NCBI GenBank assembly: GCA_037133115.1
Contig: JBAXOU010000003.1
Span: forward strand, 1-42,602
DNA from: Planctomycetota bacterium
GTDB lineage: Bacteria; Planctomycetota; Planctomycetia; Pirellulales; UBA1268
Direction of reading: 5' to 3'
DNA length: 42,602 bases
Every line of letters begins with the position of its first letter. Position 1 is the first letter of the stretch. The notes beneath the pieces were generated by a model that was given only the letters and a program-made list of their open reading frames with translations, was not told where the DNA came from and searched no databases. Below, in pieces: positions 25,282-36,592 of the stretch. A program made the translations under genes and the position numbers.

Positions 25282-27345
25282 ATGAGTAATAGACTTCTTG
25301 CGATGTGCCTGGTGCTCGTACTTCTCCTCCCCGCCCTGGTCGGGGCGGGCGAGGAATCGCCGGCTGAGGGCGTGGGATACGAGCCGCCCACGTACCCACC
25401 CCGCCTCAAGCGGAGTGAGAGTTTTCTCGGCATCCATTTCGACTTTCACGCCGGCCCCGACTGCCAAGAGGTGGGCAAGCGCACCACGCGGGAGAGCATC
25501 GAGCGGCTGCTCGATGCCGTGCGGCCCGACTACGTGCAGATCGACTGCAAGGGGCATTCGGGCTTCTCCAGCTATCCCACCCGGGTGGGTACCCCCGCAC
25601 CGGGGTTCGTCGGCGATCCGCTGCGGATCTGGCGGGAGGTCACCGCCGAGAAGGGCGTCGGCCTCTTCATGCATTACTCGGGTGTCTGGGACGGCCAGGC
25701 CGTGGCCCAGCATCCAGAGTGGGCTCGCGTCAACGAGAAGGGGGAACGCGACGGCCGCCTTACCTCCGTCTTCGGCCCGTACGTGGACCAGCTCCTGATC
25801 CCGCAGATGAAGGAGTTGGCGGACGCATACGACGTCGATGGCGTCTGGGTCGACGGCGAGTGTTGGGCCGTCGATCGCGACTACGCCGAGCCCGTCCTGA
25901 AGGCCTTCCAGGAGCAGACCGGGATCCAGTCGGTTCCCCGCTCGCGAGCAGATCCCGGCTGGTACGAGTTCTCCGAGTTCTGCCGCGAGGGATTCCGCCG
26001 CTACCTGCGCCGCTACGTCGACGAGGTGCATCGCCACGACAGCGGCTTTCAGATCGCCAGCAACTGGGCCTTCAGTTCGATGATGCCCGAGAAGGTGTCC
26101 ATCGACGTAGACTTCATCTCCGGAGACTATACGCCGACCAATAGTCTCAATAGCGCCCGCATCGAAGGCCGCTGCATGGCCCTGCAGGGAAAGCCCTGGG
26201 ATCTCATGGCCTGGAGCTTCAGCCACCTCGACGGCCTCTTCAGCACCAAGACCGCCCAGCAACTCGAGCAGGAAGCGGCGGTCGTGATGGCACTGGGCGG
26301 CGGCTTCCAGGCCTATTTCCCGCAGCGTCGCGACGGCTCCGTGCGCGAGTGGCAGTTCCCCATCATGGCCGAGGTGGCCCGCTTCTGCCGCGAGCGGCAG
26401 CCCTTCTGCCACCGGGCCGCACCCATCCCACAGATCGGCCTGATCTATTCCACGGGAGCGTTCTATCGCACGAATCAGATGCTCTTCGCCACCTGGGGCG
26501 GCGAGCTCGTGCCCCTGCAGGGCCTGCTCCAGTCGCTGCTCGACAGCCAGCACGTGGTGGATGTCGTGAGCGAGCATCACCTCACCGAGGGCATAAATCG
26601 CTATCCGCTCCTCGTCTATCCGGAGTGGGAGACGATCGAGCCCGCCTTCAAGCAGACGCTCGTGGACTATGTGAGGCAGGGAGGATCACTCCTGGTCGTC
26701 GGCCCGCGGGCCGCCGCCCTGTTTCAGGAGGAACTGGACGTGAACCTTGAGGGAACTCCGGCCGTGCAGGTGAACGGTCTGGAGTTCGGCGGACACGTGG
26801 CCGGCATCCAGTCACTCTTTCAGAAGGCGACCCTGGGCTCTCGCGCGAAGCCCTTCGGCAACGTGCGCCGCGAGAACGAGGCGGACGGCCCGGCGGAGGT
26901 CGCGGCCTCGATCACGAGGCTCGGCGAGGGATCCATTGCCGCGATCTATCTGAGCCTCGGCGAGCGCTATGCCAACTCGACGACCACCGTCAGCCGTGAC
27001 TTCCTCCACGCCCTCGTGCGCGAGATGTTTCCCGCGCCCATGGTGGAGGTGGAGGGATCCCACCATATCGACGTGACGGCGACGCGGCTGGGTGAGCGAC
27101 TGCTCATCAGCCTGGTGAACACAGCCGGCCCGCATGGCAACGCGAAGGTGAACGTGCACGATGACATTCCCCCCGTCGGGCCCCTGAACGTGTCGATTCG
27201 CTGCCCGCGGCCCGCCTCCGTGCTGCTCCAGCCCGACGGCCGGACGCTCGCATACGAATATCGCGACGACCGGTTGCAGGTCACAGTGCCCCGTGTCGCG
27301 ATCCATGACATCATCGAAATTCAGCCGACCGTTCCGCCGCAGTGA
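25282..27345 (+). CDS. Alpha-L-fucosidase-like (GH29/GHL6-type TIM barrel) glycoside hydrolase with trimerisation-like domain
   Basis: Signal peptide; GIHFDFH, QIDCKGHSGFSSYPT, YDVDGVWVDGE, LVDYVRQGGSLLVVG. Confidence 0.8.
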   Translation: MSNRLLAMCLVLVLLLPALVGAGEESPAEGVGYEPPTYPPRLKRSESFLGIHFDFHAGPDCQEVGKRTTRESIERLLDAVRPDYVQIDCKGHSGFSSYPTRVGTPAPGFVGDPLRIWREVTAEKGVGLFMHYSGVWDGQAVAQHPEWARVNEKGERDGRLTSVFGPYVDQLLIPQMKELADAYDVDGVWVDGECWAVDRDYAEPVLKAFQEQTGIQSVPRSRADPGWYEFSEFCREGFRRYLRRYVDEVHRHDSGFQIASNWAFSSMMPEKVSIDVDFISGDYTPTNSLNSARIEGRCMALQGKPWDLMAWSFSHLDGLFSTKTAQQLEQEAAVVMALGGGFQAYFPQRRDGSVREWQFPIMAEVARFCRERQPFCHRAAPIPQIGLIYSTGAFYRTNQMLFATWGGELVPLQGLLQSLLDSQHVVDVVSEHHLTEGINRYPLLVYPEWETIEPAFKQTLVDYVRQGGSLLVVGPRAAALFQEELDVNLEGTPAVQVNGLEFGGHVAGIQSLFQKATLGSRAKPFGNVRRENEADGPAEVAASITRLGEGSIAAIYLSLGERYANSTTTVSRDFLHALVREMFPAPMVEVEGSHHIDVTATRLGERLLISLVNTAGPHGNAKVNVHDDIPPVGPLNVSIRCPRPASVLLQPDGRTLAYEYRDDRLQVTVPRVAIHDIIEIQPTVPPQ

Positions 27346-27391
27346 CAGGCTGCAGAGGGCATAAATAGTGCGGCTCAGGGAGACGGGGCTC

Positions 27392-28897
27392 ATGCAGAAT
27401 AGATTCCGTGCTGGCTGGATTCCATGGTTGGCGATCCTGATGGTCGGCCTTGCCGCCCAATCCGCGTTTGCAGTCGATACGACTCGAGGCGACGTGGACG
27501 CCCTCACCGTGATCGGAAACAAGCTCCGGGAAGATCGCGGCGGGGTGCCGGGCGGACAGTCCCAGCTGAAGCACAACGTCGCCGGGCAGGTCATGCCGGA
27601 GCCGGTCGTCGCCCCATCATCCCCTCCACCGCCCACTGCCAGCCCTGCGGCCACGTTCTCGTTCGCGCCCAACCAGATGGCCGGCTGCCCGTGGTACCGG
27701 CCTAGTGATCAAGATCGCGTCATCAATGGCCACCTCGACGAGTCATTCGGTCAACGCGAGCGGTGGCCGATCCTGCTGCGGAATCTCAAGGCGCACCATG
27801 GCGCATTCGGCATTCCAGCGGCGGAGATCGGCCACCTGAAGGACTCCGGCGGACTGCTGGCCCTCCTCCGGTCCGAGGGCATTCCAGTCAGCGTTGAACT
27901 ACCCGCCTTCACGCAGCCCTTTGACGGCTCGCAGCTCGCCCGGGCCGAAATCCACGGCGAGGCCGTCGATGGAGGGAACATCTTCTCCAGCATCTTTCGC
28001 ATCGACGCTCCAACCGATCGGCCGAATCCATTTGGGGCAGGCTGGTTTATCACGGGCGACGGTACGCCGTTTATTCCCGACGAGATTGTGTTTGATGAAC
28101 GCATTCCCAATCTCCTTCCGGAATTCGATGCGGCCCTGCTGGCACAGACTCCGGGGACGTGGGAAGAACGCAAGCAGGCCGCACGCAAACTCCACCCGTT
28201 CATGGCCGTGCGCCAGCCGTACGACCGCCTGCTCGGGAGTCTGATGGAAGACTACGTCAAGTACCTCGAGGTGGCCCGCGCCCACTGGGGCGAGCGGATG
28301 CCGGCTGTCAGCCTGCACTGGAATGTGAATCCCGCCTGGGAGTGGCGCGATGAGAAGGGCTTGGATGCCATTCATGCCGCCGATCCAGCCTGGTGCCAGA
28401 CGCCGGAGGAGTTCCATCGCATCGTGTTCACGTCGCCCCAGTACAACTCGGTACGGTATCTCGACCAGCTCCTCGACGTGCTCAACACTGCCGGCTTCAA
28501 GCCCCGCACGGTCTTCATGGACGTGGATTGGACCTACAGCCTGCCCTACGTCACGGAACTTTTGCACCGCCACAACTCGTCCCTGGCCGCCCGCGGCGTG
28601 CAGATGGGTATCAACGTGGTGGAAGCCGGCCTCGGCGAGCAGGAGGAACTGTTCTACGACGGCCACACCCTGCAGCGGCGCGTCGACCCCGACACCCCGC
28701 CAAATGTGCTCTACGAGAACACCATCGTCGCGATCATGGCGTATCTCGTAGGCAGCGGCATCTACGAGCCTGGTATGCAGATCCGCGCGGGCAGCTGGTC
28801 GCGCCGCCCGGCGGAGACGGGTGCCGCAGTCAACGAAGCCTCCGAGGGCTCTTTGGCCAACGCTGCCAACCGGATCGTTGTCCTGCTGAAACCATGA
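27392..28897 (+). CDS. Secreted hypothetical protein
   Basis: Signal peptide (WLAILMVGLAAQSAFA), Pro/Ser linker, then a globular alpha/beta region with no motif I recognise. Track start 27368 is an alternative. Confidence 0.7.
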   Translation: MQNRFRAGWIPWLAILMVGLAAQSAFAVDTTRGDVDALTVIGNKLREDRGGVPGGQSQLKHNVAGQVMPEPVVAPSSPPPPTASPAATFSFAPNQMAGCPWYRPSDQDRVINGHLDESFGQRERWPILLRNLKAHHGAFGIPAAEIGHLKDSGGLLALLRSEGIPVSVELPAFTQPFDGSQLARAEIHGEAVDGGNIFSSIFRIDAPTDRPNPFGAGWFITGDGTPFIPDEIVFDERIPNLLPEFDAALLAQTPGTWEERKQAARKLHPFMAVRQPYDRLLGSLMEDYVKYLEVARAHWGERMPAVSLHWNVNPAWEWRDEKGLDAIHAADPAWCQTPEEFHRIVFTSPQYNSVRYLDQLLDVLNTAGFKPRTVFMDVDWTYSLPYVTELLHRHNSSLAARGVQMGINVVEAGLGEQEELFYDGHTLQRRVDPDTPPNVLYENTIVAIMAYLVGSGIYEPGMQIRAGSWSRRPAETGAAVNEASEGSLANAANRIVVLLKP

Positions 28898-28902
28898 CGT
28901 GA

Positions 28903-29148
28903 ACCCCGCGATCCGACTCCTTCACCGGTTCCTTCACCGCCGTTCGCAGCGGCGGCGGGGCGGATTGCCCGAATCCGTTCACGGCACGGACCATCCAGGC
29001 GGATTTCCAGTTCACGAGTCCGGGCGACATGGTGAGCGCCCACAGTTTCGTCGTGCTCGGGTCGCCGGAGGAGATCGAGCGTGCCAGCCGGGCCATCGTG
29101 ACCTTCGCCCGGTCCGAAAACAGTCCTTTCGTGACCTCGTCGCGTTGA
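28903..29148 (+). pseudogene. Start-less C-terminal gene fragment
   Basis: Open frame DSFTGSFTAVRSGGGADCPNPFTARTIQADFQFTSPGDMVSAHSFVVLGSPEEIERASRAIVTF...* with G/C-ending codons, directly after a stop. Confidence 0.35.
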
Positions 29149-29332
29149 CCGAACGCCGCCGAAAACCTATCCTTTCCTAGGGTTACAGGGTGATCCCAGG
29201 GGGGTCGCGGAGGAACGCAAAGGTCCGGGCGCAGACCTCGTTAATCACATGATTCAAACAGCACCGTCATCCTTTTGCAGACGCGCAGCCTCTTGCATGG
29301 TCGCCAAAACTTTCCGCGAGACACCGCATGAA

Positions 29333-30415
29333 ATGGCAAAGCCGCCTCGGTCAACGCGTGGTTTTACGCTTGTTGAATTGCTGGTGGTGATCGCCATCAT
29401 CGCCACGCTCATCGGCCTCCTGCTGCCGGCAGTCCAGGCGGCACGGGAGGCGGCGCGGCGGGCGAAGTGTCTGTCAAACATCAAGCAGTTGGGGCTGGGG
29501 CTTCAGACGTATCACGATGCCCAGAAGCGGTTTCCGCCTGGATACCAGGGCATGCTGGGCAACTGTGGTAACGCGGGCAACAGCATTTCCAACAAATGGA
29601 AGGATGCAGGCTGGGGCTGGTCGGTATTTCTGCTGCCCCATATCGAGGAACAGTCGCTATCGGATGGCCTGACAGTCAACTCCGGCAGCAGCCAGGTGGT
29701 CTGCGGGAGTCCGACGGGAGCGCAAGCCGCTCTGGCCAAAGCGAACGGTCGCGACCAGGTGGCCCTCCAGCAGACTGTGGTGCAGGTATTCGTATGTCCC
29801 AGTGCGGGAGACAGTAGCCTGAATTTCGGCCAGGACTTTCCGAGCAGCGGCAAGTACGCCAAAACCAACTACAAAGCCGTCGCCGGTTCCGACGGCAACT
29901 TCGATGGGGTAGGCGAGGGCACCCTGACTCTTCCCGACGGATCCAGCGCGACGGTGCTTACGCTAGGCCTCTTTCGCCGCGTTCCCCTCGAGAGGAGCGG
30001 TTCGTGGGGGGCAGCAGATTCCTGGGCGTATGTGCGATCGAAGGACGTGACAGACGGGCTCTCGAAGACGCTGACCTTTGGGGAGGTTTTCAGCAACGTC
30101 AGTTTCGCGGTGGGGCTGCCGAAGATCGATCCGAATTTCGGCAGCAATGCCGCGTATCGGGGGGGTGTCTGGGTGGGCGCGATCTCGAGTGAGTTGGCGG
30201 CCGGCTTGACGGTCGGCATCCTCCAGCCAAACGCAACCAGCACCAACGGCACGCTCTTTGGGAATAACAAGTATCCGTTCGCGAGCAAGCATCCGGGCGG
30301 GGTGCTGTTCGGCCTGGCCGATGGCAGTTGCCGATTCATCAGTCAAAATGCCGACGTCACGACGCTCGCGGGAATGGCGAATATCAGCGACGGGCAGACG
30401 GTGGCGGTCGAATGA
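29333..30415 (+). CDS. DUF1559 family prepilin-type N-terminal cleavage/methylation protein (H-X9-DG C-terminus)
   Basis: [67 protein letters not shown]. Confidence 0.95.
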   Translation: MAKPPRSTRGFTLVELLVVIAIIATLIGLLLPAVQAAREAARRAKCLSNIKQLGLGLQTYHDAQKRFPPGYQGMLGNCGNAGNSISNKWKDAGWGWSVFLLPHIEEQSLSDGLTVNSGSSQVVCGSPTGAQAALAKANGRDQVALQQTVVQVFVCPSAGDSSLNFGQDFPSSGKYAKTNYKAVAGSDGNFDGVGEGTLTLPDGSSATVLTLGLFRRVPLERSGSWGAADSWAYVRSKDVTDGLSKTLTFGEVFSNVSFAVGLPKIDPNFGSNAAYRGGVWVGAISSELAAGLTVGILQPNATSTNGTLFGNNKYPFASKHPGGVLFGLADGSCRFISQNADVTTLAGMANISDGQTVAVE

Positions 30416-30861
30416 CGGTCTCGTCTACCCACAGGCGGATCGCGAAGCTGTTCGCGATCGCCGCCATGCTCGTGATTGCCGGGTGCTCGTCGCGACCGGC
30501 CGACGAGCCTCCGCTCGGCAGGGTTCGCGGGAAGGTCACGATGGACGGGAAGCCGCTCGCCGGCGTCGACGTCGCCTTTCTTCCGGAAAAGGGCCGGCCT
30601 TCCATGGCCACGACCGATGCAACTGGCCACTACGACCTGTGGTACATCAACAGAACCATGGGAGCCAAGGTGGGCCCTCACAAGGTCTTCGTCAGGCCGA
30701 CGGAAATGTCCCCAGAGGAGGCTGCCGCCAATGGTTCGAGAGGTGGGGCTCCAGTGGCGCCGCCGCCCAGGATTCCGGCGAAATACAACAAGCGATCCAC
30801 GCTGACGGCCGAGGTGAAGCCGGGCCGCAATACGTTTGATTTCCCGCTCGAGTCGAAGTGA
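30412..30861 (+). CDS. Carboxypeptidase-regulatory-like domain lipoprotein (DUF1559 partner)
   Basis: Lipobox IAGC, VRGKVTMDGKPL, TTDATGHYDL, IPAKYN; ATGA overlap with the DUF1559 stop. Confidence 0.88.
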   Translation: MTVSSTHRRIAKLFAIAAMLVIAGCSSRPADEPPLGRVRGKVTMDGKPLAGVDVAFLPEKGRPSMATTDATGHYDLWYINRTMGAKVGPHKVFVRPTEMSPEEAAANGSRGGAPVAPPPRIPAKYNKRSTLTAEVKPGRNTFDFPLESK

Positions 30862-31002
30862 GCCGCCAGGCCCGCGGGCCGGGCAAGCCAGGCAGGACGG
30901 ACTGGGAGGCGGGTAGGGCGACAGACTTGCCGGGAACAATTGGAAACGATTTGTGGGAATCGGCCGCGCTGCGTGATCCCTGTCGAGTCTAGGATTCACG
31001 GT

Positions 31003-34000
31003 ATGAGCAGGGGCACCCGTCAGAGGCCTACACAACTATGGTGGGGCGTTGCCTGTGTGACGCTCCTTGGGGCACGTGCTGTTCCCGTCACCGGGGCTGA
31101 GGCCGAGGGATCAAGGGCTGATACCCAGGCTTCCGCGTTTCGCGACCGTGTGGCGACGCTGCTCGCGGCAAAGTGTGGAGCATGCCACGGGCCGGAGGGG
31201 GCCGAGAGTGGATTTCGCATCGACGACCGGGACAAGGCGATCGCCGGGGGCGACTCTGGTTCAACGGGCATCGTGCCCGGCAAGCCGGAGGAGAGCGAAC
31301 TCTTCGTCCGCATCTCGACCGCCGACAAGGAATCGCGGATGCCGGCCGACGGCGAGCCGCTCCCCGCCGACGAGCAGGCGCTCTTGAAGGAGTGGATCGC
31401 GGCCGGAGCCGTCTGGCCGGATGACATGCAGACGCTCGCCGACCTGATCCCGAAAGACGGGCCCAAGCCGCAGAAGGGGCCCAAGCTTCAGAAGGGGCAC
31501 AAGCATTGGGCGTTTCAGCCGCTCGTGCAGCCGCCTGTGCCTACCGCTTCGCCGGGCACCACCCCGATCGACGCCTTTCTCGCCGAAAAACTCGCCGCCG
31601 CCGGCCTCGCCATGAATCCCGAGGCCGACCCGCGCACGCTCATCCGCCGGGTGTCGTTCGACCTCACGGGCCTGCCGCCTTCGCTCGAGGAGATTGCCGC
31701 GTTCGAGGATGCCTGCCGCGCCGCCGGCAGCGTCGATGGCCCCTATGGCGACCTCGTCGACCGGCTGCTCGCGTCGCCACACTACGGCGAACGCTGGGCC
31801 CGCCACTGGCTCGACGTCGTGCGTTTCGCCGAGAGCCACGGCTTCGAGGTGAACACGGCCCGGCCCAACGCCTGGCCGTATCGCGACTGGGTGATCGAAT
31901 CGCTCAATGCCGACAAGCCATACGACTCCTTTCTGAAGGAGCAACTCTACGGCGACCAGTTGGGCGCTGACGCCGCCACGGGCTTCATCGTGGGCGGGCC
32001 GAAGGACGAGGTCAGCTCGCCCGATCCGGTGCTCACGGCCAACCAGCGGGCCGACGAACTGCACGACATGGTGGGCACCACGGGCTCGGCCCTGCTCGGC
32101 CTCACCGTCGGCTGCGCCCGCTGCCATGACCACAAGTTTGATCCCATTCCGCAGCTGGACTATTACGCGATGAAAGCCGTCTTCGAGGGCGTGAAGCACG
32201 GCGATCGCGATGTCCTGCCGCCCGACAATGACGAGCGTGTGAAGCACGTCACGGCACTGCAGTCCGAACTCGCGCTGCTCCGGCGGCGGATGGCGGAACT
32301 GCAGCCGGCGGCCCGCCTGCGCCGCACGATCGTGATCGACGACCTCACCAAGGATCAGACAGCCAAACTCGTCGAGCCGAAGGGCGTCGCCGACCACGCC
32401 GGCGGCACGGATCGCGGCCATGTCGCCGAGCCGGGCGACATCCGCTCACTGCCCAACCTTGGCAAACAATATCACTGGTGGTCCGCCACGCCCGGCGAGG
32501 CCGTCTTCGCCTACGTACCGCAAGCCGCGGGGGTGTTTCGGATCTGGCTCTCGTGGGGCGCGGGCTGGCACTCCCACGCCCGCGATGCCCGCTACGTGCT
32601 CGACGCCGACGGCGACCCAGCGACAACCGCCGACCAGAAGGAGATCGCCGTGGTTGACCAGCGGCCCTTCGCGGACGGCACCGGCGACCCGCCGCCGGAT
32701 CAGGCGCTCTGGAGCGGCTTCCGCGACGCGGGCGTGCATCCGCTCACCGAGCAGACGCGGCTGCTCGTGATGGACGGCGCGGCCCCCGCAGCGGTCACGG
32801 CCGACGTCGTGATCTTCGAGGAGCAGGCGTCGGCCGACGATTCCGGCGGCCGCGTGGCCCACCTGCGCAGCCGGGTGACCGCCGGCGAGAACGTCGATGC
32901 CTTCGCACCGACGCGGGCGAAGTTCGTGCGGTTTCGGGTGCTGGAGACCACATCCGCGGAGCCGTGCATTGACGAACTGGAAGTGCTCTCGGTGGACGGT
33001 CGCAACGTGGCCCGCGGCGCGACCCCGTCGTCGTCGGGCGACTACGCCCAGGGCGACCTGCACAAGCTCCCACACATCAACGACGGCGTGTACGGCAACA
33101 AGCGGTCGTGGATTTCAAACCAGATCGGTGGCGGCTGGGTGCAGCTGGAACTGCCCGAGGTGGAGGAGATCAGCCGTGTCGTCTGGAGCCGCGACCGCAG
33201 CCCCAAGCCCGAGTACACCGATCGGCTGGCGACGAAGTATGAAATCGCCGTGTCGCTCGACGGCACGCAGTGGACACCGGTCGCCGCCCACGTCGATCGC
33301 CTGCCGCCCGACTACGTGCACGCCGACTCCATCGGCCCGATCACGTCCACCGCCGAGCTGTCGCCCAACGAAATCACGGAGTTCGATACGCTCACGGAAA
33401 ACGCTGCCGTGCTCACGAAGCGGCTCGAGGCCCTTGCCGTGCTGCCCAAGGCCTACGCGGGCCAGTTTGTCACACCCGGGAAGACCCACCGGTTCTTCCG
33501 CGGCGATCCGCTGGCGCCGCGCGAGGAGGTTGCCCCGGGCGGCCTGACGGGATTCGGCGCGACCTGGCAACTGCCTGCCGACGCCCCGGAGAACGACCGC
33601 CGCCGGGCGCTCGCCGACTGGATCGCCTCGCCGACAAACCCGCTCACGCCCCGCGTGATCGTGAACCGGCTCTGGCACCACCACTTCGGCACTGGCATCG
33701 TCGACACGCCGAGTGACTTGGGCGTGAACGGCGGGCCGCCGAGCCATCCAGAGCTCCTCGACTGGCTGGCGAGCGAACTCGTCGACCCCGCACATCCCGC
33801 CAACCGCTGGCGGCTGAAGGCGATCCATCGGCTGATCGTCACGAGCCAGGCCTACCGGCAGACGAGCACGGCCCGCCCCGACGCCCTCGCCGCCGACTCG
33901 GGCTCGCGGCTCCTCTGGCGGTATCCGCCGCGGCGGCTCGAGGCCGAACCGCTCCGCGACGCGATCCTCGCCGTGAGCGGCAGCCTCAACAAGAAGATGG

Positions 34001-34446
34001 GCGGGCCGGGCTTCGACCTCTTCGAGCCCAACACGAACTATGTGAAGGTCTACACCACGAAGACGACGTTCACCGACGAGGACTTCCGCAGGATGGTGTA
34101 TCAGTCGAAGCCCCGGGCCGAGCTCGACAGTTTCTTCGGCGCCTTCGACTGCCCCGATGCGGGCCAGGCGCAGCCCAAGCGCACGGTGAGCACGACGCCG
34201 CTGCAGGCGCTCAACATGCTCAACGGCGACTTCCTGCTCGATCAGGCCAGCCGGCTCGCGAAGCGCGTGGAGCGCGAGGCGGGGAGCGACCCCGGCTTGC
34301 AGGTGGCCCGCGCGATCGAACTCGCTTTCGGCCGCCAGGCCAGTGACCGGGAACTCGCCGCCGGCCGCGACCTCGTGGCCACCCACGGCCTGCCGATCCT
34401 GTGCCGCAGCCTCTACAACGCCAGCGAATTCCTCACCATCTACTGA
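31003..34446 (+). CDS. Planctomycete cytochrome c + DUF1549 + DUF1553 (PSD1) protein with inserted carbohydrate-binding-like domains
   Basis: [60 protein letters not shown]; central Golvesin/CBD-like and F5/8 discoidin-like segments. Confidence 0.92.
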   Translation: MSRGTRQRPTQLWWGVACVTLLGARAVPVTGAEAEGSRADTQASAFRDRVATLLAAKCGACHGPEGAESGFRIDDRDKAIAGGDSGSTGIVPGKPEESELFVRISTADKESRMPADGEPLPADEQALLKEWIAAGAVWPDDMQTLADLIPKDGPKPQKGPKLQKGHKHWAFQPLVQPPVPTASPGTTPIDAFLAEKLAAAGLAMNPEADPRTLIRRVSFDLTGLPPSLEEIAAFEDACRAAGSVDGPYGDLVDRLLASPHYGERWARHWLDVVRFAESHGFEVNTARPNAWPYRDWVIESLNADKPYDSFLKEQLYGDQLGADAATGFIVGGPKDEVSSPDPVLTANQRADELHDMVGTTGSALLGLTVGCARCHDHKFDPIPQLDYYAMKAVFEGVKHGDRDVLPPDNDERVKHVTALQSELALLRRRMAELQPAARLRRTIVIDDLTKDQTAKLVEPKGVADHAGGTDRGHVAEPGDIRSLPNLGKQYHWWSATPGEAVFAYVPQAAGVFRIWLSWGAGWHSHARDARYVLDADGDPATTADQKEIAVVDQRPFADGTGDPPPDQALWSGFRDAGVHPLTEQTRLLVMDGAAPAAVTADVVIFEEQASADDSGGRVAHLRSRVTAGENVDAFAPTRAKFVRFRVLETTSAEPCIDELEVLSVDGRNVARGATPSSSGDYAQGDLHKLPHINDGVYGNKRSWISNQIGGGWVQLELPEVEEISRVVWSRDRSPKPEYTDRLATKYEIAVSLDGTQWTPVAAHVDRLPPDYVHADSIGPITSTAELSPNEITEFDTLTENAAVLTKRLEALAVLPKAYAGQFVTPGKTHRFFRGDPLAPREEVAPGGLTGFGATWQLPADAPENDRRRALADWIASPTNPLTPRVIVNRLWHHHFGTGIVDTPSDLGVNGGPPSHPELLDWLASELVDPAHPANRWRLKAIHRLIVTSQAYRQTSTARPDALAADSGSRLLWRYPPRRLEAEPLRDAILAVSGSLNKKMGGPGFDLFEPNTNYVKVYTTKTTFTDEDFRRMVYQSKPRAELDSFFGAFDCPDAGQAQPKRTVSTTPLQALNMLNGDFLLDQASRLAKRVEREAGSDPGLQVARAIELAFGRQASDRELAAGRDLVATHGLPILCRSLYNASEFLTIY

Positions 34447-34453
34447 GGCTTCC

Positions 34454-35938
34454 ATGCGCCACGCACTCTCTCATGCCGGCCGCCGGATGCTCGATCGCCG
34501 GGCGTTCCTCCAGTGGGGCGGCACCGGTCTGTGTGGCATCGCGCTCACAGCCCTGCTCCACGAGCAGCGGCTCCTCGCCGGCGAGCCGCCGATCCGGCCG
34601 GCGATCGACCCGGCCCAGCCGTTTGCCCCGCGGGCACCGCATTTCCCGGCGAAGGCGAAGAACGTGCTCATGATCTTCTGCTCGGGCGCGCTCTCACACG
34701 TCGACACGTTCGACTACAAGCCCGAGCTCATCCGGCTCCACGACACGCCGATGCCGACGGCAAGCGGCGAGAAACTGATCACGTTTCAGGGGGAGCAGGG
34801 CAACCTCATCAAGCCGCTCTGGGAGTTCAAGCCGCGGGGCGAGAGCGGCACGATGACGAGCGACCTCCTGCCGCACCTCGGCGAACTCGCCGACGAGATG
34901 TGCTTCATTCACTCGATGACGGCCAAGAGCAACACGCACGGGCCGGCCGAGAGCCAGATGTCGACCGGCTTCACGCTCGACGGCTTCCCGAGCATCGGCG
35001 CCTGGACGACCTACGCCCTCGGCAGCGAATGCCGCGACCTGCCGGCCTTCGTCGCGATTCCCGATCCCCGCGGCGTGCCGCAGAACGGCCCGCGGCACTG
35101 GCAGAGCGCGTTCCTGCCGGCCGTGTTCCAAGGCACGAGCTTCAACGCCGACAGGCCGATTCCGAATCTTGTGAGGCCCGCCTCCATCCCGGAAAGCGCT
35201 GACATCGCCACCCGCGACTTCCTCCGGATGCTCAACGAGGACCACCTCGCCCGGCATCCGGGCGACACCGACCTCGCGGCCCGGATCAGCGCCTACGAAC
35301 TGGCCGCCAAGATGCAGCTCTCGGCAGCGACGGTGGCCGACCTCTCCGACGAGTCGGTCGAGATGCTCAAGCTCTACGGCGCCGACGACACGCAGAACTC
35401 ACTCAAGGCCCGGTTTGCCCGCAACTGCATCCTCGCGCGGCGGCTCGTGGAAAAGGGCGTGCGGTTCGTGCAGCTCTTCAACGGCGGCTACGCGATGGGG
35501 GAGGGCGTGGGCAACTGGGACGGCCACAAAAAGATCGCCGACCAATACGCCGTCCACGGCCCGATCCTCGACCAACCGGTCGCGGGCCTGCTCCGTGATC
35601 TCAAGAACCGCGGCCTGCTGGCCGACACGCTCGTGGCGTTCGTCACCGAGTTTGGCCGGATGCCGACGTTCCAGAAGGGGGCCAACGGCCGAGACCACAA
35701 TCCTTCGGGCTTCACCGTGTGGCTCGCCGGTGCGGGCGTGAAGCGGGCGTTTCACCACGGCGCCACCGACGACTTCGGCTACAAGGCGGTGGAAAACGTG
35801 GCCACGATCTACGACCTGCACGCCACGATCCTGCACCTCCTCGGCCTCGATCACACCCGTCTGTCCTTCTACAACAACGGCATCGAGCGCCGCCTCACCG
35901 ACGTCCACGGCCACGTGATCGAGCCGATTTTGGCCTGA
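34454..35938 (+). CDS. DUF1501 family protein (Tat-type signal)
   Basis: [54 protein letters not shown]. Confidence 0.93.
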   Translation: MRHALSHAGRRMLDRRAFLQWGGTGLCGIALTALLHEQRLLAGEPPIRPAIDPAQPFAPRAPHFPAKAKNVLMIFCSGALSHVDTFDYKPELIRLHDTPMPTASGEKLITFQGEQGNLIKPLWEFKPRGESGTMTSDLLPHLGELADEMCFIHSMTAKSNTHGPAESQMSTGFTLDGFPSIGAWTTYALGSECRDLPAFVAIPDPRGVPQNGPRHWQSAFLPAVFQGTSFNADRPIPNLVRPASIPESADIATRDFLRMLNEDHLARHPGDTDLAARISAYELAAKMQLSAATVADLSDESVEMLKLYGADDTQNSLKARFARNCILARRLVEKGVRFVQLFNGGYAMGEGVGNWDGHKKIADQYAVHGPILDQPVAGLLRDLKNRGLLADTLVAFVTEFGRMPTFQKGANGRDHNPSGFTVWLAGAGVKRAFHHGATDDFGYKAVENVATIYDLHATILHLLGLDHTRLSFYNNGIERRLTDVHGHVIEPILA

Positions 35939-35964
35939 CCGATCTGACCGGCGCGGTCCCAGTG

Positions 35965-36551
35965 ACGGCGCTGGGCTTGTACGAGTGAAAGCCGACCGGC
36001 CGTGAGGCCGCGGGCGAACCACTCGAGACCCAGCCCTCTCCTAGCCGCGTCCCACGCCTCACGGCGTTGGGCTTGTACGTGTGAAAGCCGACCGGCCGTA
36101 AGGCCGCGGACACACCACGCGAGACCCAGCCCTCTCCTGGCCGCGTCCCACGCCTCACGGCGTTGGGCTTGGACGGCAACTGCACAAGCCGACCGGCCGT
36201 AAGGCCGCGGGCGAACCACGCTAGACCCAGCCCTCTCCTGGCGGCGTCCCACGCCTCACGGCGTTGGGCTTGGACGAGTGAAAGCCGACCGGCCGTGAGG
36301 CCGCGGGCAAACCACGCTGGACCCAGCCCTCTCCTGGCGGCGTCCCACGCCTCACGGCGTTGGGCTTGTACGAGTGAAAGCCGACCGGCCGTGAGGCCGC
36401 GGGCGAACCACTCGAGACCCAGCCCTCTCCTAGCCGCGTCCCACGCCTCACGGCGTTGGGCTTGTACGTGTGAAAGCCGACCGGCCGTAAGGCCGCGGGC
36501 GAACCACGCTGGGCCCAGCCCCCTCCTGGCAGCGACCCACGCCTCACGGCG
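35965..36551. repeat. Tandem array of six 96-bp units (one 101 bp) built from inverted REP-like hairpins (BIME/REPIN-like)
   Basis: Units start at 35965, 36061, 36157, 36258, 36354, 36450 (partial at 36546). Each has AAGCCGACCGGCC-GTRA-GGCCGCGG on + and AAGCCCAACGCC-GTGA-GGCGTGGG on -. Confidence 0.9.
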
Positions 36552-36592
36552 GTGAAAAGATTCAGCCACACCCCCCGACGGGGTGAGTTATT

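Noticed and set aside
35965-36551. CRISPR array
   Set aside because: Intervening segments are near-identical rather than unique spacers, the unit is 96 bp, and no cas genes are in the window.
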